Source of the DNA: Epiperipatus broadwayi
Taxonomy: Eukaryota; Animalia; Onychophora
Direction: 5' to 3'
Assembly (NCBI GenBank): GCA_028023455.1
Contig: JAQFVV010000010.1
Span: 17,174,001-17,238,000 of the forward strand
DNA: 64,000 nucleotides
Of the stretch, positions 63,457 through 64,000 are shown in pieces. Each line of letters begins with the position of its first letter. Position 1 is the stretch's first letter. Under the pieces are notes generated by a model. The model searched no databases and was not told where the DNA came from. It saw only the letters and a list, made by a program, of their open reading frames with translations. Position numbers and translations under genes: made by a program.

Positions 63457-64000
63457 AATACTTATATAAAAAAAAATAAAAAAATAACTAACTATCAATC
63501 ACAAAAAATGAAAGAACAGAATTATTTATGTTTTGACTAGAAACAGAATTACTTATACTTTGACTACAAGTAGTAAGACATCTGGTAACTCCAAAAAAAT
63601 TGGCATAAAACTTAAACTGTATGAAATAAATTCAGACAATTTGATTTTTATAAAATAGAGACATATTTAAAAAGGTACTAAGATGGATACCTGTTCAATT
63701 TAAAAAAATAATATGAAATTAGAATATATAAAAATAGATAGCGATATAATTTACCATATGTAGCTGTTGAGGGTTAACTAATAAATTCTTGCAAATGTAT
63801 ATCCATTAATTTATAAATAAAATAGATTTTATCATTATTATAAAAGTGCTTATAATAAATGAAAAAAATCTAGTCCCAAAATCACATGTCTAATATATAA
63901 AATCTTGGCTAAAATGACATTTAAGATATTTAAGTTATTATCATCTGACTAAGAATTTATCTAATCCAAATAAATAATTAAAGTCCACTACCTCATTTAG

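Noticed and set aside
1-64000. Most ORFs in the supplied six-frame track as genes
   Set aside because: They are 60-130 aa, low-complexity F/I/L/Y/K-rich frames typical of AT-rich DNA, or pieces or antisense shadows of the decayed Gypsy, LINE and LTR sequences.

Overview
This is very AT-rich, CpG-depleted eukaryotic DNA. The transposon types and the TCAGT-type initiator motifs suggest a large-genome arthropod, probably an insect (inference only). It reads as intronic or intergenic sequence dominated by decayed transposons. I recognise no intact protein-coding gene, rRNA, tRNA or CRISPR array, and most ORFs in the supplied track are spurious or fragments of decayed elements. Main contents: (1) a complete but decayed Ty3/Gypsy LTR retrotransposon (17652-29445, ATTG TSD, tRNA-Lys-like PBS, PPT) with nested insertions in both LTRs; (2) three ~2.7-kb TG...CA solo-LTR-like elements (13188, 19308, 33921), each with a decayed ORF starting ~15 nt from one end and running antisense to a TATA/Inr promoter; (3) a decayed APE/RT LINE (~45780-50640) with a nested RTE fragment, further LINE fragments, two short tRNA-derived SINEs and a Merlin-like transposase remnant; (4) several families of short head-to-head palindromic insertions flanked by 8-16-bp direct repeats, most carrying minimal type I hammerhead ribozyme motifs. 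Four of these motifs keep all core nucleotides and can form helix I (58200-, 58972-, 59409+, 61535+). These look like non-autonomous Penelope-like or retrozyme-like elements, and one has a ~433-bp circularly permuted monomer. All alignments and counts were done by eye, so boundaries may be off by a few bases where marked approximate.
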